Shown here: one piece after another, positions 18,312-28,336 of the stretch
How the letters are laid out: the number at the start of each line of letters is the position of its first letter
Position numbering within the stretch: position 1 is the stretch's first letter
Virus record (IMG/VR): IMGVR_UViG_3300034101_001153
Span: 32,177-96,176 of that record
Length of the DNA: 64,000 bases
Direction: 5' to 3' (one strand)
Source: a virus
Notes under the pieces: generated by a model
The model's database searches: none
What the model was told of the DNA's origin: nothing
Seen by the model: the letters and a program-made list of their open reading frames with translations, nothing else
Translations under genes and position numbers: made by a program

Positions 18312-18630
18312 TCAAATACTCCCTAACTAGTTCCTGTGTCTTGATTCTTCTAGACATACGATTCTCTTCATCACGCTTCTTGTCGTCCATCATAGCCTTA
18401 ATATGGTCGAAATTGAAGAAAAAATATGATAATGGATGCCCGTCTTTACTAGACCTAAAGTAATAATTTAGGCATTCACAAACACAGTCATATCCATAGT
18501 CTTCAATGAGTGAGGAGAAAGCCCATTTTTCCTTATACTTATTAATGTCTATCTTGTTGCCATACTTATCGGCATAGAGTTTTTGATAAAGATCGATTAT
18601 AGAGTACTCAAGTTTAAATGATTTAGCCAT
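18298..18630 (-). CDS. hypothetical protein (possible helicase loader)
   Basis: Coupled upstream of dnaB; function inferred from position only. Confidence 0.65.
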   Translation of the reverse strand: MAKSFKLEYSIIDLYQKLYADKYGNKIDINKYKEKWAFSSLIEDYGYDCVCECLNYYFRSSKDGHPLSYFFFNFDHIKAMMDDKKRDEENRMSRRIKTQELVREYLNGIQ

Positions 18631-18838
18631 TTAACTCTTCCTCCACCGCCCTTACTTTTTCTACCAGTTTCTTCTCAACATACGCATACACTCTTTCAAA
18701 TGCATCGTCTACAGTTTCTTTGTCACGAACGTAGTCTTCTATACCAACATCAATGTGTATACTCTCGTAATTACCAAGGTTCTTTACGAATTTTAATCCC
18801 GTCCGTACTCTCGTATAATTCTGTTCCATTTTCTTCAT
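18623..18838 (-). CDS. hypothetical protein
   Basis: NLGNYESIHID motif typical of small phage proteins. Confidence 0.75.
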   Translation of the reverse strand: MKKMEQNYTRVRTGLKFVKNLGNYESIHIDVGIEDYVRDKETVDDAFERVYAYVEKKLVEKVRAVEEELNG

Positions 18839-19127
18839 CTTCTCCCAACTCTACTAGGTCTGCAACGCCAAAACCAAATGGTCTTTTCTCTTCCTCAGTC
18901 TCTGAGATACCAAGAAGTGTTTTGGCTATATCGTACCATGCGTTTGCAGTCCGAATCAAGCCATCTATATCTTTCATGTCTTTTGCAATCTCTGCACTAT
19001 CCATAAGACATATGGCTGCTGCTAATAATGCTGAGTCTCCACTTAGACTATCATCATTAATGAATTCAATTAGTTTCTCATGCGGTGTTTTTGGTCTCTT
19101 AGCCATTAGAACTCTATTGTCCTCCAA
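18771..19127 (-). CDS. hypothetical protein
   Basis: ORF in operon. Confidence 0.65.
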   Translation of the reverse strand: MEDNRVLMAKRPKTPHEKLIEFINDDSLSGDSALLAAAICLMDSAEIAKDMKDIDGLIRTANAWYDIAKTLLGISETEEEKRPFGFGVADLVELGEDEENGTELYESTDGIKIRKEPW

Positions 19128-19639
19128 ACTGGTATAAATTCTCCATCGTCATTCTGAACATAAAGAACTTCTCTCCTGCCTAGCCTAGCATCTACTTCTT
19201 CTTTTGTCACGCTATTTCTTTTAGGAGTTATTGCTCCGTCATTTCTAGGTCTACCAAAATGAACATTGGCAAAAAATTCTTGCAAGTTCAGAATGTCCTC
19301 ATCCATGAAATACCAATTGCCAAGTTCTCCAGCCTGCTGAGGTCTTGGTAATTCTCCAGAATTAACATATGCCCTAATTCTATCTGGATGCCTATTAATA
19401 ATTTTGGCGGCTTCTCCGATTGAGTATGCTCTTTTTATATATTGTTTTATTGCTTTATATGGATATCTAACTATTTTGTCTTGCTTATAGTTAAAAGTAG
19501 TTATTACATCACCTGGGACGTTAATATGTATTTTGTGATGGAGTTCCCCATTAATAAATACTTTTCTACTATGCTTTTTATTTTTTAAAACCCCATACTG
19601 CTTTGATGAAGAAATATTTGTTCCTTTTTGTGAATCCAT
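19106..19639 (-). CDS. MerR/excisionase-type HTH DNA-binding protein
   Basis: YSIGEAAKIINRHPDRIRAYVNSGELP. Confidence 0.8.
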   Translation of the reverse strand: MDSQKGTNISSSKQYGVLKNKKHSRKVFINGELHHKIHINVPGDVITTFNYKQDKIVRYPYKAIKQYIKRAYSIGEAAKIINRHPDRIRAYVNSGELPRPQQAGELGNWYFMDEDILNLQEFFANVHFGRPRNDGAITPKRNSVTKEEVDARLGRREVLYVQNDDGEFIPVWRTIEF

Positions 19640-19776
19640 TTAGCAAACTCTCCACGATTATTTGGATGCCTTAGTGACCATCTATTCCCACAGCATAAAC
19701 AATATAATTCAACATGGATGCTGCTACCGAAAGATCGATCAATCATCACTCTGCCCTGACACTTTTTACATATCAT
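19585..19776 (-). CDS. zinc-ribbon hypothetical protein
   Basis: MICKKCQG...YCLCCG. Confidence 0.7.
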   Translation of the reverse strand: MICKKCQGRVMIDRSFGSSIHVELYCLCCGNRWSLRHPNNRGEFAKWIHKKEQIFLHQSSMGF

Positions 19777-19777
19777 T

Positions 19778-20533
19778 TTAGTTAGTAAATGTCTTTCCAT
19801 CCACAACACAGGTATAGTCATGAATTTGAATTAATTGAATATGTGGGTAGTCATTAACCACATGCGCGACAGCAAAACCCGCCTGCCAATTCTTTTGAAT
19901 ACTATAGTCCATAGAATCTTCATCACAAAGATGACCGATCTCAAAACCTCTTAGTTCTTGTCCAGTAAGATTATATGTTTGGAAATATGCGCCCATACGA
20001 TGAGAGTGACCGCGTACCAGAGAAACGCCCCAATTATTAACATCATTACGAACCGATTCTCCTGCATGTTTCGAAATCGACTCTCCATGGTGTGCATACA
20101 TATCTCCAAATCGTTTTACTGGGGGCTCATTCCAATTGTGCCACTCAAATCCAGCATTGGAGTATTCATACAAAGTATCTGCTGTAACTAATTCTAAGAA
20201 TTGTGGTGCCTTCTTAGCAAGGTATTCGCCGTGGCGAGTCCAGCCATGATTCCCATCATGAAAATGGCAATCAGCATTGGGTACGATCTTTCTGATATCT
20301 TTGAGAAATTGCCTTGTCTCACGAACGCCTCCATCTTCTAGTGAAATTGACATTTCAAGTGGCTTGTCTGCTGCCCACCTACTTGTTGAATCGGCATCGT
20401 CAATATCGCCAAGTAGGTCTACTGCGTCTGGCTTGAACCATTTCATTACCTTAAGAAATAATTCTACTTTTCTTGGATCATGCCTAGGAAAGTGAACATC
20501 ACTTACCATCAGCCATTTTAGATCATTTGTCAT
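19778..20533 (-). CDS. calcineurin-like metallophosphoesterase
   Basis: SDVH, LGDIDD, DGNH, HHG, GHSH motifs. Confidence 0.9.
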   Translation of the reverse strand: MTNDLKWLMVSDVHFPRHDPRKVELFLKVMKWFKPDAVDLLGDIDDADSTSRWAADKPLEMSISLEDGGVRETRQFLKDIRKIVPNADCHFHDGNHGWTRHGEYLAKKAPQFLELVTADTLYEYSNAGFEWHNWNEPPVKRFGDMYAHHGESISKHAGESVRNDVNNWGVSLVRGHSHRMGAYFQTYNLTGQELRGFEIGHLCDEDSMDYSIQKNWQAGFAVAHVVNDYPHIQLIQIHDYTCVVDGKTFTN

Positions 20534-20553
20534 TATTACTCCATTATGTCAAC

Positions 20554-21027
20554 TTACTTATTTTTTGATTTGCACTTTTTAGAACAAAACTCCCATGCCG
20601 ACTGAATATACAGAGGCACAGTGAAGATGTTACCACATCCGTAACATTTTTTGTCAACCTTTATTGGCTGACAAGAAACACTACATCTTGATCTATTTTT
20701 TATTACAGTTGGCGATCCATAAAAAACTTTATGACATTTTTTACATTGCTTAGATATCCAATGTGGAAAAAGACGGTATTGTGATACCGTCTTCATCCCA
20801 TGTGCTTTATCATGTTGCTGTCTGCTACAAACAAACAAATTTTTTATTCTGTTATCATTCTTTATTTCATTTATGTGATGAACAGTTTCCCAGTCATGAA
20901 GATTTCTATTTAGATTTTTTTCTACTACTATAATATGCTCATAGTATTTGCCGTTGATAGATTTAGGATGGTTGCTGGCAACCATAACATATCTGGTTCT
21001 ATCTTGTTGTTCCCTTTCCAATGGCAA
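20554..21027 (-). CDS. HNH endonuclease with C-terminal Zn fingers
   Basis: YEHIIV...VHHINEIKNDNRIKNL. Confidence 0.85.
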   Translation of the reverse strand: MPLEREQQDRTRYVMVASNHPKSINGKYYEHIIVVEKNLNRNLHDWETVHHINEIKNDNRIKNLFVCSRQQHDKAHGMKTVSQYRLFPHWISKQCKKCHKVFYGSPTVIKNRSRCSVSCQPIKVDKKCYGCGNIFTVPLYIQSAWEFCSKKCKSKNK

Positions 21028-21454
21028 TATAATTCACCTGTAATTGAGTATTTTTTGCATCAGTTTTAATAACATCAACTCTGCATTCAAAGTTACCCTT
21101 GGTCACTGAGCCTATTGATATTGTTGCATATGGAGTTCCAGAAAGATTATTTCTTCTCCCTCTAGTGTCTGCTACTGTTGCAACAATATGTGGAACGTCG
21201 CCAAAGTTGGCACCATCAAATTTCACATTGAATTTATTTTCTTGTTTTTCACCAACATCAAAAATTTCTGTACCACACAGTATGATGACTTCACTAAGTT
21301 TTTGAAGACCTTTTCCAAATACTTGAATCTTTTGATTTTTTTTATTATCATTAACACTTATACGAGACTCTAAACTAGTTATTCTGTCATAGAGTGATTT
21401 TAAAAAATCATAGGTCAGCGGTTCGCCATCAGTTATGGTTACAATATTACTCAT
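20999..21454 (-). CDS. minor tail protein (H-type-lectin/gp53-like)
   Basis: FGDVPHIVAT...VNYIAIG. Confidence 0.6.
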   Translation of the reverse strand: MSNIVTITDGEPLTYDFLKSLYDRITSLESRISVNDNKKNQKIQVFGKGLQKLSEVIILCGTEIFDVGEKQENKFNVKFDGANFGDVPHIVATVADTRGRRNNLSGTPYATISIGSVTKGNFECRVDVIKTDAKNTQLQVNYIAIGKGTTR

Positions 21455-21614
21455 CTTCTTGGTTGGCCTCTAATTCAATGATTCTTTGATCTCTAGCCTG
21501 AATCTGCTCGGTGGCCTGTGCCTTTAGCACCGCCAACTTTGTCTCATAGTCGCTGGTCATTTGACCAATACGCTGCTGAAGTTCCTGTACGACTAGTTCT
21601 AGTGTGTTAGACAT
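21447..21614 (-). CDS. 55-aa coiled-coil protein
   Basis: MSNTLELVVQELQQRIG...; SD GAAAGGA; not in ORF track. Confidence 0.75.
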   Translation of the reverse strand: MSNTLELVVQELQQRIGQMTSDYETKLAVLKAQATEQIQARDQRIIELEANQEDE

Positions 21615-24600
21615 TATTGTTCCTTTCTATGATTGACTCCAATTGTAGCACTCTTTGTTTAAGAATGTCAATATCTTTCAGTGCCTCTTTAAATGCTCCT
21701 ACTAAATAGTAAACAAATGGTTGCTGTGTCAAATCTTGTGGTATTATTTCACCATTTTCATCTACATCGTCTTTAATCCCGCCGACAGCCTCTGGTATAT
21801 ATTTTTGCACCTCATGAGCAATAAAGCCATATGTTTTTCCAGTATTTTCTATATTTTTCCACTCAAATGTTACTGGTCTAAGACTATTGATAATATTAGA
21901 AAAGTCTCTTGTATCATCTTCTATGTTTTTCTTTAATCTATAATCTGATGCAGATACTAGAGTCGGCGCTCCAGCCGCTGACGCTACTCTGATAAATCCT
22001 AAATCTACGCCATTTCTTTGGAATTCTATGGCATTCCAGTTAGTTGTATAATTATTTGTAGAATTTATTCTCAAACCTCTTTCTGCTGCACCACCAACAT
22101 TTCTATTTGTTGAAAGCAGTCCCCCTGTTATGGTGGTATTCCCCCCAGTGGATAGTGTAGAACTAATGCTTGCTGTACCAACAACAGTAAGTGTATTTGT
22201 TGGAGATAGAGTTCCTATGCCTATTCTAGTATTAGTTTGATCTAGTACAAAGTTAGAGTCCAAGCCCATAACTGTGCCTCTTAAAGTTATACTTCCAGTT
22301 GTACCAGCAGTAAGGCGTAATTGCCTAAATGTGTCTGCGCCTGTTGCTATACCAACATTCATCCAAGAAGAAGATGGGACGTATTCCACCCTAGCCTGAT
22401 TTGTTGATGAGTTGTTTCTTCTAAATGAAAGTTTAGATAGGTCGGCATCGCTGGTTCCGACAGGACTGGAAGATAGTATAAGATCTCCACCAGAATTAAT
22501 ATTTATAGTTCCAGTAGGGGTTATATTCATTAGTGATTTTGTTGGATCAACATTTCCTACCCAAAGCCTATATGATGGATTTGTTCCAGATATTCCTAAT
22601 ATTCCAGAAGCAGAATTTGATTCCCCCCCTGAAGTCGTTTCTGATCCTAATTGTCCAACTATAATTTTACCGTCCGCATTTATTTCTAAAGCATCGGTAA
22701 AAAGCATACCATCATTAAACTTAAATCCTGCAATTTCAGAATAGTTATTTGATAGAGAAACATCTACGCTGTCCCACCATACTGTTGTCGATGCGGAGGT
22801 AGTTGTAGTTCTTAAATGAATACTATTATATAGATCAATAGATGATCTTGGAGTAAACCTACCACTGACTTTTGTCCAGGTATTTGCAGTAAGTTCTGTT
22901 GCTCCTAAAATACTAGTAATTACAGTAGATCCAGATTGAAAATAATCTGGATATGTAATTGCTGAAGAACTCAGAATCCAAATATCTATAAAGTCGTTTG
23001 ATGAAATAGATAAATTAGATGCTGATCTTACCCATGCAGAAATAATATACTCCTGTCCTGGAACTAAAGAAATGTTTTGATCAATGGCGGTGGAGTATCC
23101 TGGAGATTGACTAGTTTTTATTGAGTACCCGCCAGAATAATATATTGATGAGTCTATTGTCGCACTATTTGGCACTCCAAAATATCCCCAAAATGTTCTC
23201 CATGGACTTGTTGACCCAGTATCAAATCCTCCATTAGTGATGGTACTCGCTGAATCTCCTGTCGTTAACTTAAATAATTTTGAATCAGATACTGAGTATC
23301 CAACTAGGTCTGTGCTATCAAATTCTATTCTCTGATTAGATATGCTACTTTGTGCTAAAATTTTTCCACTTCCAAAAACTCCAAGGGTTCCTGTGAATGA
23401 TCCACTTTGTGCATTTATATTACCAATTATTGATGCACTGTTGGCAACTAAATTTCCAAATTGATTAACACTAAATACTGTTGGATTGCCAAGCCTAAAC
23501 CCGCCAGAAGACGACACGATAACGCTGGCCGTTGACATTTGATTATTTGCTAAGGTGAATCCCGCTATAGATCCTACAGAGGCAGTAATATGCTGAGCAG
23601 ATATAGATCCTGTGAATTGTCCAGAATTTGCTGTAATATTTCCCGTTATAGATGCAGATGTGGCCCTTAGATTTCCAAATTGATCGACGGAGAATATTGT
23701 CGGATTTCCTAGTCTGAAGCCACCAGAAGAAGAAACAACAACTGATGCTGTAGACATCTGATTATTTGATAAAGTGAATCCAGCAATGCTTCCAACAGAT
23801 GCAGTTATGTGTTGTGCTCTTACAGAGCCAGTAAAATTACCAGATCTAGCATTTATATTTCCATCTATATATAGGTCAGTGCCGTCAAAGGCTAGAGATC
23901 CTGTTGCACCTTTTAGTTTAAATCTAGCATTCTCATCTACATAGAAACCATTTCCAGTTGAATATGATGTAGCCACCCCATTTTGTACATTGTAAATGGC
24001 AGCGGAGGCACCAACAGATCTAAATCCTCTAATTACTATACCGTCTGTTACGCTTCCACTTGAGTCTACGTTTCCATAAATCATATTCGCATTAGATGCA
24101 CTCTGGCTAACTATTCCTGTTGGTATAATCCTAAATGTTCCAAGTCTTGGTGATCCAGATACTGGAAGTGCGAATGCCTCAAGCCCATTGGAATGGAATC
24201 CAAATAAACCGCTTGCATTGAGAACTGTTCTTTGTCCAGAGTCAACACTGCTACCAGCAAAAATTGCTCCACTGGAACTTACTGAAACGGCACCAACAAA
24301 TCTACCAGCAGAGGCAGTTATATCTCCACTAAATGATCCAGAAGTTGCATTTATTCTTCCAGAAATTGAAGCAGTATTAGCCACAAGATTACCAAATTGA
24401 TCAACTGAAAACACGGCTGGGTTTCCTAGTCTAAACCCACCAGAAGAAGACACAACAACGCTTGAAGTAGACATTTGATTATTAGCCAGAGTAAAGCCTG
24501 CGATAGTACCAGTAGATGCAGTTATGTGCTGTGCAACTACAGAACCTGTAAATAGTCCACTTTGGGCTGTTATGTTTCCTGTTATTGAAGCACTAGTTGC

Positions 24601-26046
24601 TACAAGCCCACCTGTTGATGTTACTCTAAATGGTGCATTAGTAGGTGTAGCACTGCCAGCCCAAAGTCTAAAGTTTGCATCTGAAGATGAGAGTTCTACT
24701 ACATTTTGACCAGTACCAAGAATAATATCTCCTGTACTTACAATGCTTGCATTCGTACCAGAAAGAATACTAGCAGAAAGCCCCCAGCCAGCAATAGTTC
24801 CTGTTGATGCAGTTATATGTTGAGCAACAACAGAGCCTGTAAATCTACCAGATGTTGCAGTAATATCACCTGTAATAGAAGCAGATGTAGCACGCATATT
24901 GCCAAATTGATCTACGGAAAAAATTGTTGGATTGCCAAGTCTGAATCCTCCAGAAGAAGACACAATTACAGAAGCAGTAGATAGTTGATTTCTTGAAAGA
25001 TTAAATCCACCTACATTTCCAACTGATGCAGTAATATTCGTAGCATTTATACTGCCAGTTACTGTTAGTGTGCTACCGCTCCATACCACATTATTAGCAG
25101 AGCCACCGACCCCAAACTGCCCATCAGAATACCAATAGTTGTTGGCATCAATATAGATACCGTCGTTAGTACCATTTACGTCATTTGAAATTCTAAGAAG
25201 AGTTGGACTTGCTCCAACCTGTAAAGAGTTTACTGTAACTGGTGCAAGAATATTTACAGAGGCACCAATAGTTACCGCCGACCCATTGTAGACTATTCCA
25301 CTAGATCCCCCAACATCTAATGTGGTGGCAGTAAGAGCGCCTGAAATAGATGCTCCTGTAGCACTTAATTCCCCTGCATAATTAACTCTAAATGGTGCTG
25401 TGGCACGACCAGTAAATGGAGATCCAGAGAATATTGCTATGTCTGATCCAGTAAATGCTGATGGAGCGTAGAATCCAACACTAGCATTACTTAAAAGATT
25501 TGCTCCAATTTCCCATCCAGATTCACTATCCCCTATGTATCCAGATGTAGCCTCAATTCTTCCACGCACTGCGACATTGGTAAAAATTGCATTACCTTCT
25601 TGGCTGATATACCAACCAGCAGACCCAAGTGTTTTATCAGAAAAGTCTTCTTTTATAACTACTACTTGAGTAGCAGAAGATGCATAAGTAACACTTTTAG
25701 TTTCTTCTGAATCTACATAATATAATGTTGTTTCTCCAGTATATGATCCTAATTCAAGTAGGGGGTCTTGTTTCGATACACTAAGAATTGGATAAAAAAC
25801 ATACTCTGACCCAGAAGATATTCCTAGTAGTTGTCCAGCAATTACATCAGAAACAGAAACGCTTGCGGGACCACCAGAAATCCACCCATCAAAATTATTG
25901 GAGGCTATTGCCTTTGTCATAAATCTTACTATGCCAGAGTCATCCTCATATCCCATGATAGGAGTATTGTTAACAAACTCATCTGGTGTTCCGTAAGATT
26001 CTGCCATTATATCTCCTATTATACTGGCCTTGAAGCCTTTTTCCAA
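21607..26046 (-). CDS. tail fibre with internal repeats, CBM-like domain and C-terminal peptidase S74 chaperone
   Basis: SDYRLKKNI...GFIAHEVQ; NGGFD...VWWDSV carbohydrate-binding-module-like segment. Confidence 0.88.
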   Translation of the reverse strand: MEKGFKASIIGDIMAESYGTPDEFVNNTPIMGYEDDSGIVRFMTKAIASNNFDGWISGGPASVSVSDVIAGQLLGISSGSEYVFYPILSVSKQDPLLELGSYTGETTLYYVDSEETKSVTYASSATQVVVIKEDFSDKTLGSAGWYISQEGNAIFTNVAVRGRIEATSGYIGDSESGWEIGANLLSNASVGFYAPSAFTGSDIAIFSGSPFTGRATAPFRVNYAGELSATGASISGALTATTLDVGGSSGIVYNGSAVTIGASVNILAPVTVNSLQVGASPTLLRISNDVNGTNDGIYIDANNYWYSDGQFGVGGSANNVVWSGSTLTVTGSINATNITASVGNVGGFNLSRNQLSTASVIVSSSGGFRLGNPTIFSVDQFGNMRATSASITGDITATSGRFTGSVVAQHITASTGTIAGWGLSASILSGTNASIVSTGDIILGTGQNVVELSSSDANFRLWAGSATPTNAPFRVTSTGGLVATSASITGNITAQSGLFTGSVVAQHITASTGTIAGFTLANNQMSTSSVVVSSSGGFRLGNPAVFSVDQFGNLVANTASISGRINATSGSFSGDITASAGRFVGAVSVSSSGAIFAGSSVDSGQRTVLNASGLFGFHSNGLEAFALPVSGSPRLGTFRIIPTGIVSQSASNANMIYGNVDSSGSVTDGIVIRGFRSVGASAAIYNVQNGVATSYSTGNGFYVDENARFKLKGATGSLAFDGTDLYIDGNINARSGNFTGSVRAQHITASVGSIAGFTLSNNQMSTASVVVSSSGGFRLGNPTIFSVDQFGNLRATSASITGNITANSGQFTGSISAQHITASVGSIAGFTLANNQMSTASVIVSSSGGFRLGNPTVFSVNQFGNLVANSASIIGNINAQSGSFTGTLGVFGSGKILAQSSISNQRIEFDSTDLVGYSVSDSKLFKLTTGDSASTITNGGFDTGSTSPWRTFWGYFGVPNSATIDSSIYYSGGYSIKTSQSPGYSTAIDQNISLVPGQEYIISAWVRSASNLSISSNDFIDIWILSSSAITYPDYFQSGSTVITSILGATELTANTWTKVSGRFTPRSSIDLYNSIHLRTTTTSASTTVWWDSVDVSLSNNYSEIAGFKFNDGMLFTDALEINADGKIIVGQLGSETTSGGESNSASGILGISGTNPSYRLWVGNVDPTKSLMNITPTGTININSGGDLILSSSPVGTSDADLSKLSFRRNNSSTNQARVEYVPSSSWMNVGIATGADTFRQLRLTAGTTGSITLRGTVMGLDSNFVLDQTNTRIGIGTLSPTNTLTVVGTASISSTLSTGGNTTITGGLLSTNRNVGGAAERGLRINSTNNYTTNWNAIEFQRNGVDLGFIRVASAAGAPTLVSASDYRLKKNIEDDTRDFSNIINSLRPVTFEWKNIENTGKTYGFIAHEVQKYIPEAVGGIKDDVDENGEIIPQDLTQQPFVYYLVGAFKEALKDIDILKQRVLQLESIIERNNNV
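23400..25050 (-). repeat. four copies of a ~73-aa repeat in the tail fibre
   Basis: SSSGGFRLGNPxxFSVxQFGN near 23456, 23675, 24392 and 24902. Confidence 0.9.
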
Positions 26047-26891
26047 ATTGGATTATTGCTGTCATCTAATTGAAGCCAGGTCCCACTCCAAGTATTATCT
26101 TTATTTTTTATATATCTAGCAATAGCAACATAAAACTCAATATTATTACCATTTGCATTGTCAAAAAAACTTGCATACGCCTGCTTATTCCCAAATGCAT
26201 CAATCACTGCTGAATAGGATGGTGGATTTGATCCAATTGCAGTTTTATCATTCATAAGTTTTTTTTCTGTTCCTGTAGTGATTGGGTCAGAACTTTGAGA
26301 ATATGCAAATATAGCAATATCTTTTGCATATTCATTATAAAGAAATGTATTAATATAATTATTTTCTAAAGAAATTCTATATCTTTTGCCCGTCGCTATT
26401 TTAATAATTTCTTTAATAGAATTAACTGATGGATTTAAAGAGCCAGACCCCACACCCACCCTTGATTTTTCAACCTCTATCGAAACATATGGGAGTTTTT
26501 GATCTTTAGATGTTATTCTATAGTTTCGATTATTTAGCGAAGCAAGTGGGCCGCTTGATGCAGTAACATTCATTAGATCATTAACTCTGATTGAAGTAGG
26601 AGAAGAATTTAGTTTAATCGTAACCTTATTAGTAGTACGATTTCCTTTTATTGCTTCAGATTTATAACTTGAAATTCTATATTCAGTGCCCTGGTAGGAT
26701 TCTACTGATTGTACTTGAAATTCCGACGTAACATTAACAAAATCTATTCTTCTTGGATACTTTGGTATGCTTACTGTTATTAAGTCAGATAACTGTTCAT
26801 CGAACATTTCTGAGGCCAGGTTAAATTGCCAAATTTCTCCAGAATTAATCTTTTTAACATCGTTTCCACTTAAAGATATTTTTGTAGACAT
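26019..26891 (-). CDS. virion/tail-associated hypothetical protein
   Basis: Within tail operon. Confidence 0.7.
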   Translation of the reverse strand: MSTKISLSGNDVKKINSGEIWQFNLASEMFDEQLSDLITVSIPKYPRRIDFVNVTSEFQVQSVESYQGTEYRISSYKSEAIKGNRTTNKVTIKLNSSPTSIRVNDLMNVTASSGPLASLNNRNYRITSKDQKLPYVSIEVEKSRVGVGSGSLNPSVNSIKEIIKIATGKRYRISLENNYINTFLYNEYAKDIAIFAYSQSSDPITTGTEKKLMNDKTAIGSNPPSYSAVIDAFGNKQAYASFFDNANGNNIEFYVAIARYIKNKDNTWSGTWLQLDDSNNPIWKKASRPV

Positions 26892-27872
26892 TTATATTCC
26901 CCCGCTGAAATTAATCAACAGGGAGTATTGAATGGCTACTGGAATAGATGCTGGTTTTTGTATTGGTGTGGCTAGAACAGCCCTTGATATCATTCCAAAT
27001 GTTGTATCTGTTAAATATGTCCCAACATCTGAACGAATTGCATCGATAGCAATCGTTGATGCCGTTCCATTCCAGAATCTTACAGATGTAATGTTCTCCC
27101 ATGATGGTGATCCAGTAATGCTTGCAGAACCCTTTTGTGCTGTTAATATCCTATATCCTGAAGCAGATGGAATGTCGAAAGATAAAGTATAGTGATTTGA
27201 TGAATCTGTCATAAATCTTGTATAGAAAAGTCCAGAAGCGGTGTCATGTGATTTAAAAAATGCAAACTTAAAAAGATCTTGTGATGAGTATGATGATAGA
27301 AAAGATAAGGAATTGTCGTCTGTAATTTTTTCTATATAGTTAGATGTGCCGTCGCCGTTTCCTGGCATTGAAAGAACCGATGTTCCAATTCTAGCACTAG
27401 CAGAAACAGTTAATGAAGCAGTTGACGCACTACCATTCTTTATAAATAAATCTATTTGATCAAAGTCAAATAGCGTAGATCCATCAACAGTAATTGTTGA
27501 ATCAACATTGGTGGATGGATATACTGCTACTTCTCGTATTTCATATTGATATGGGTCTACTATTTCTCCATAAAAAACAATAGCGTCATTACTATTGATG
27601 GCATCAAATGTGTTACCGACCGCTTTTGTTCTTCCTATTTCAAACCCCAATGTGTTATTGGTTATTAGAGTTGATGCTGAATTAAGAGTATTTGGAGTAG
27701 AATCGATTCCAAACGCTATTGAATCTACAAAGTTGGGTATAATTCCCATCAATGATTTAATTACGATGGCTCGGCCTGCGGAAGTAAGAGCATTTTTCTG
27801 CTCTCCTATCAATTCCCCATTGGCATAAAATCTATAAATTCCATCAATAGATTTTATATCATCTTCATGCAT
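26892..27872 (-). CDS. minor tail/baseplate protein
   Basis: N...GR...IAFG...LGFEIGR...IREVAVY tail-collar-like N-terminus. Confidence 0.7.
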   Translation of the reverse strand: MHEDDIKSIDGIYRFYANGELIGEQKNALTSAGRAIVIKSLMGIIPNFVDSIAFGIDSTPNTLNSASTLITNNTLGFEIGRTKAVGNTFDAINSNDAIVFYGEIVDPYQYEIREVAVYPSTNVDSTITVDGSTLFDFDQIDLFIKNGSASTASLTVSASARIGTSVLSMPGNGDGTSNYIEKITDDNSLSFLSSYSSQDLFKFAFFKSHDTASGLFYTRFMTDSSNHYTLSFDIPSASGYRILTAQKGSASITGSPSWENITSVRFWNGTASTIAIDAIRSDVGTYLTDTTFGMISRAVLATPIQKPASIPVAIQYSLLINFSGGI

Positions 27873-27886
27873 GACGCTCCTTATCG

Positions 27887-28336
27887 CTATGTCTTTTGTT
27901 TAGGAGATGCTGTATGAATTTTCAAATCATCAGCACCCAGACCATCGTAATCTAAAGAAAGTGTTATTTCGGCATCTCCTCTACTATTATATATGAAATT
28001 GAACATTTTTAGATATTCTGGATAATCAGAATTTGGGAGACCAGCAAAATTATACCCTACTGCCAGCCGTGATCTAATTTCATTTACTATGTCGGTAAAC
28101 TGGTTTCTTATAAAATTAGACTGTCTTGGAATATCAATTTCATCTTCTGGAATGAAATTTATAGTGTCATAGTTAACATCTAAAACGAGTATGCCTTTCA
28201 TGCTGTCGATAAGTTCTTTAGTCAGCCTTTCTGTTTCTTCTTTTACCAATTTTTTAATGTTTGGCATACCTATTGGGTCATTAGATTTATCTGGCTGATC
28301 TTCATCTGTATTATTTCGTCCTGGATTTCTTGGCAT
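27887..28336 (-). CDS. hypothetical tail-module protein
   Basis: Coupled ORF. Confidence 0.65.
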   Translation of the reverse strand: MPRNPGRNNTDEDQPDKSNDPIGMPNIKKLVKEETERLTKELIDSMKGILVLDVNYDTINFIPEDEIDIPRQSNFIRNQFTDIVNEIRSRLAVGYNFAGLPNSDYPEYLKMFNFIYNSRGDAEITLSLDYDGLGADDLKIHTASPKQKT

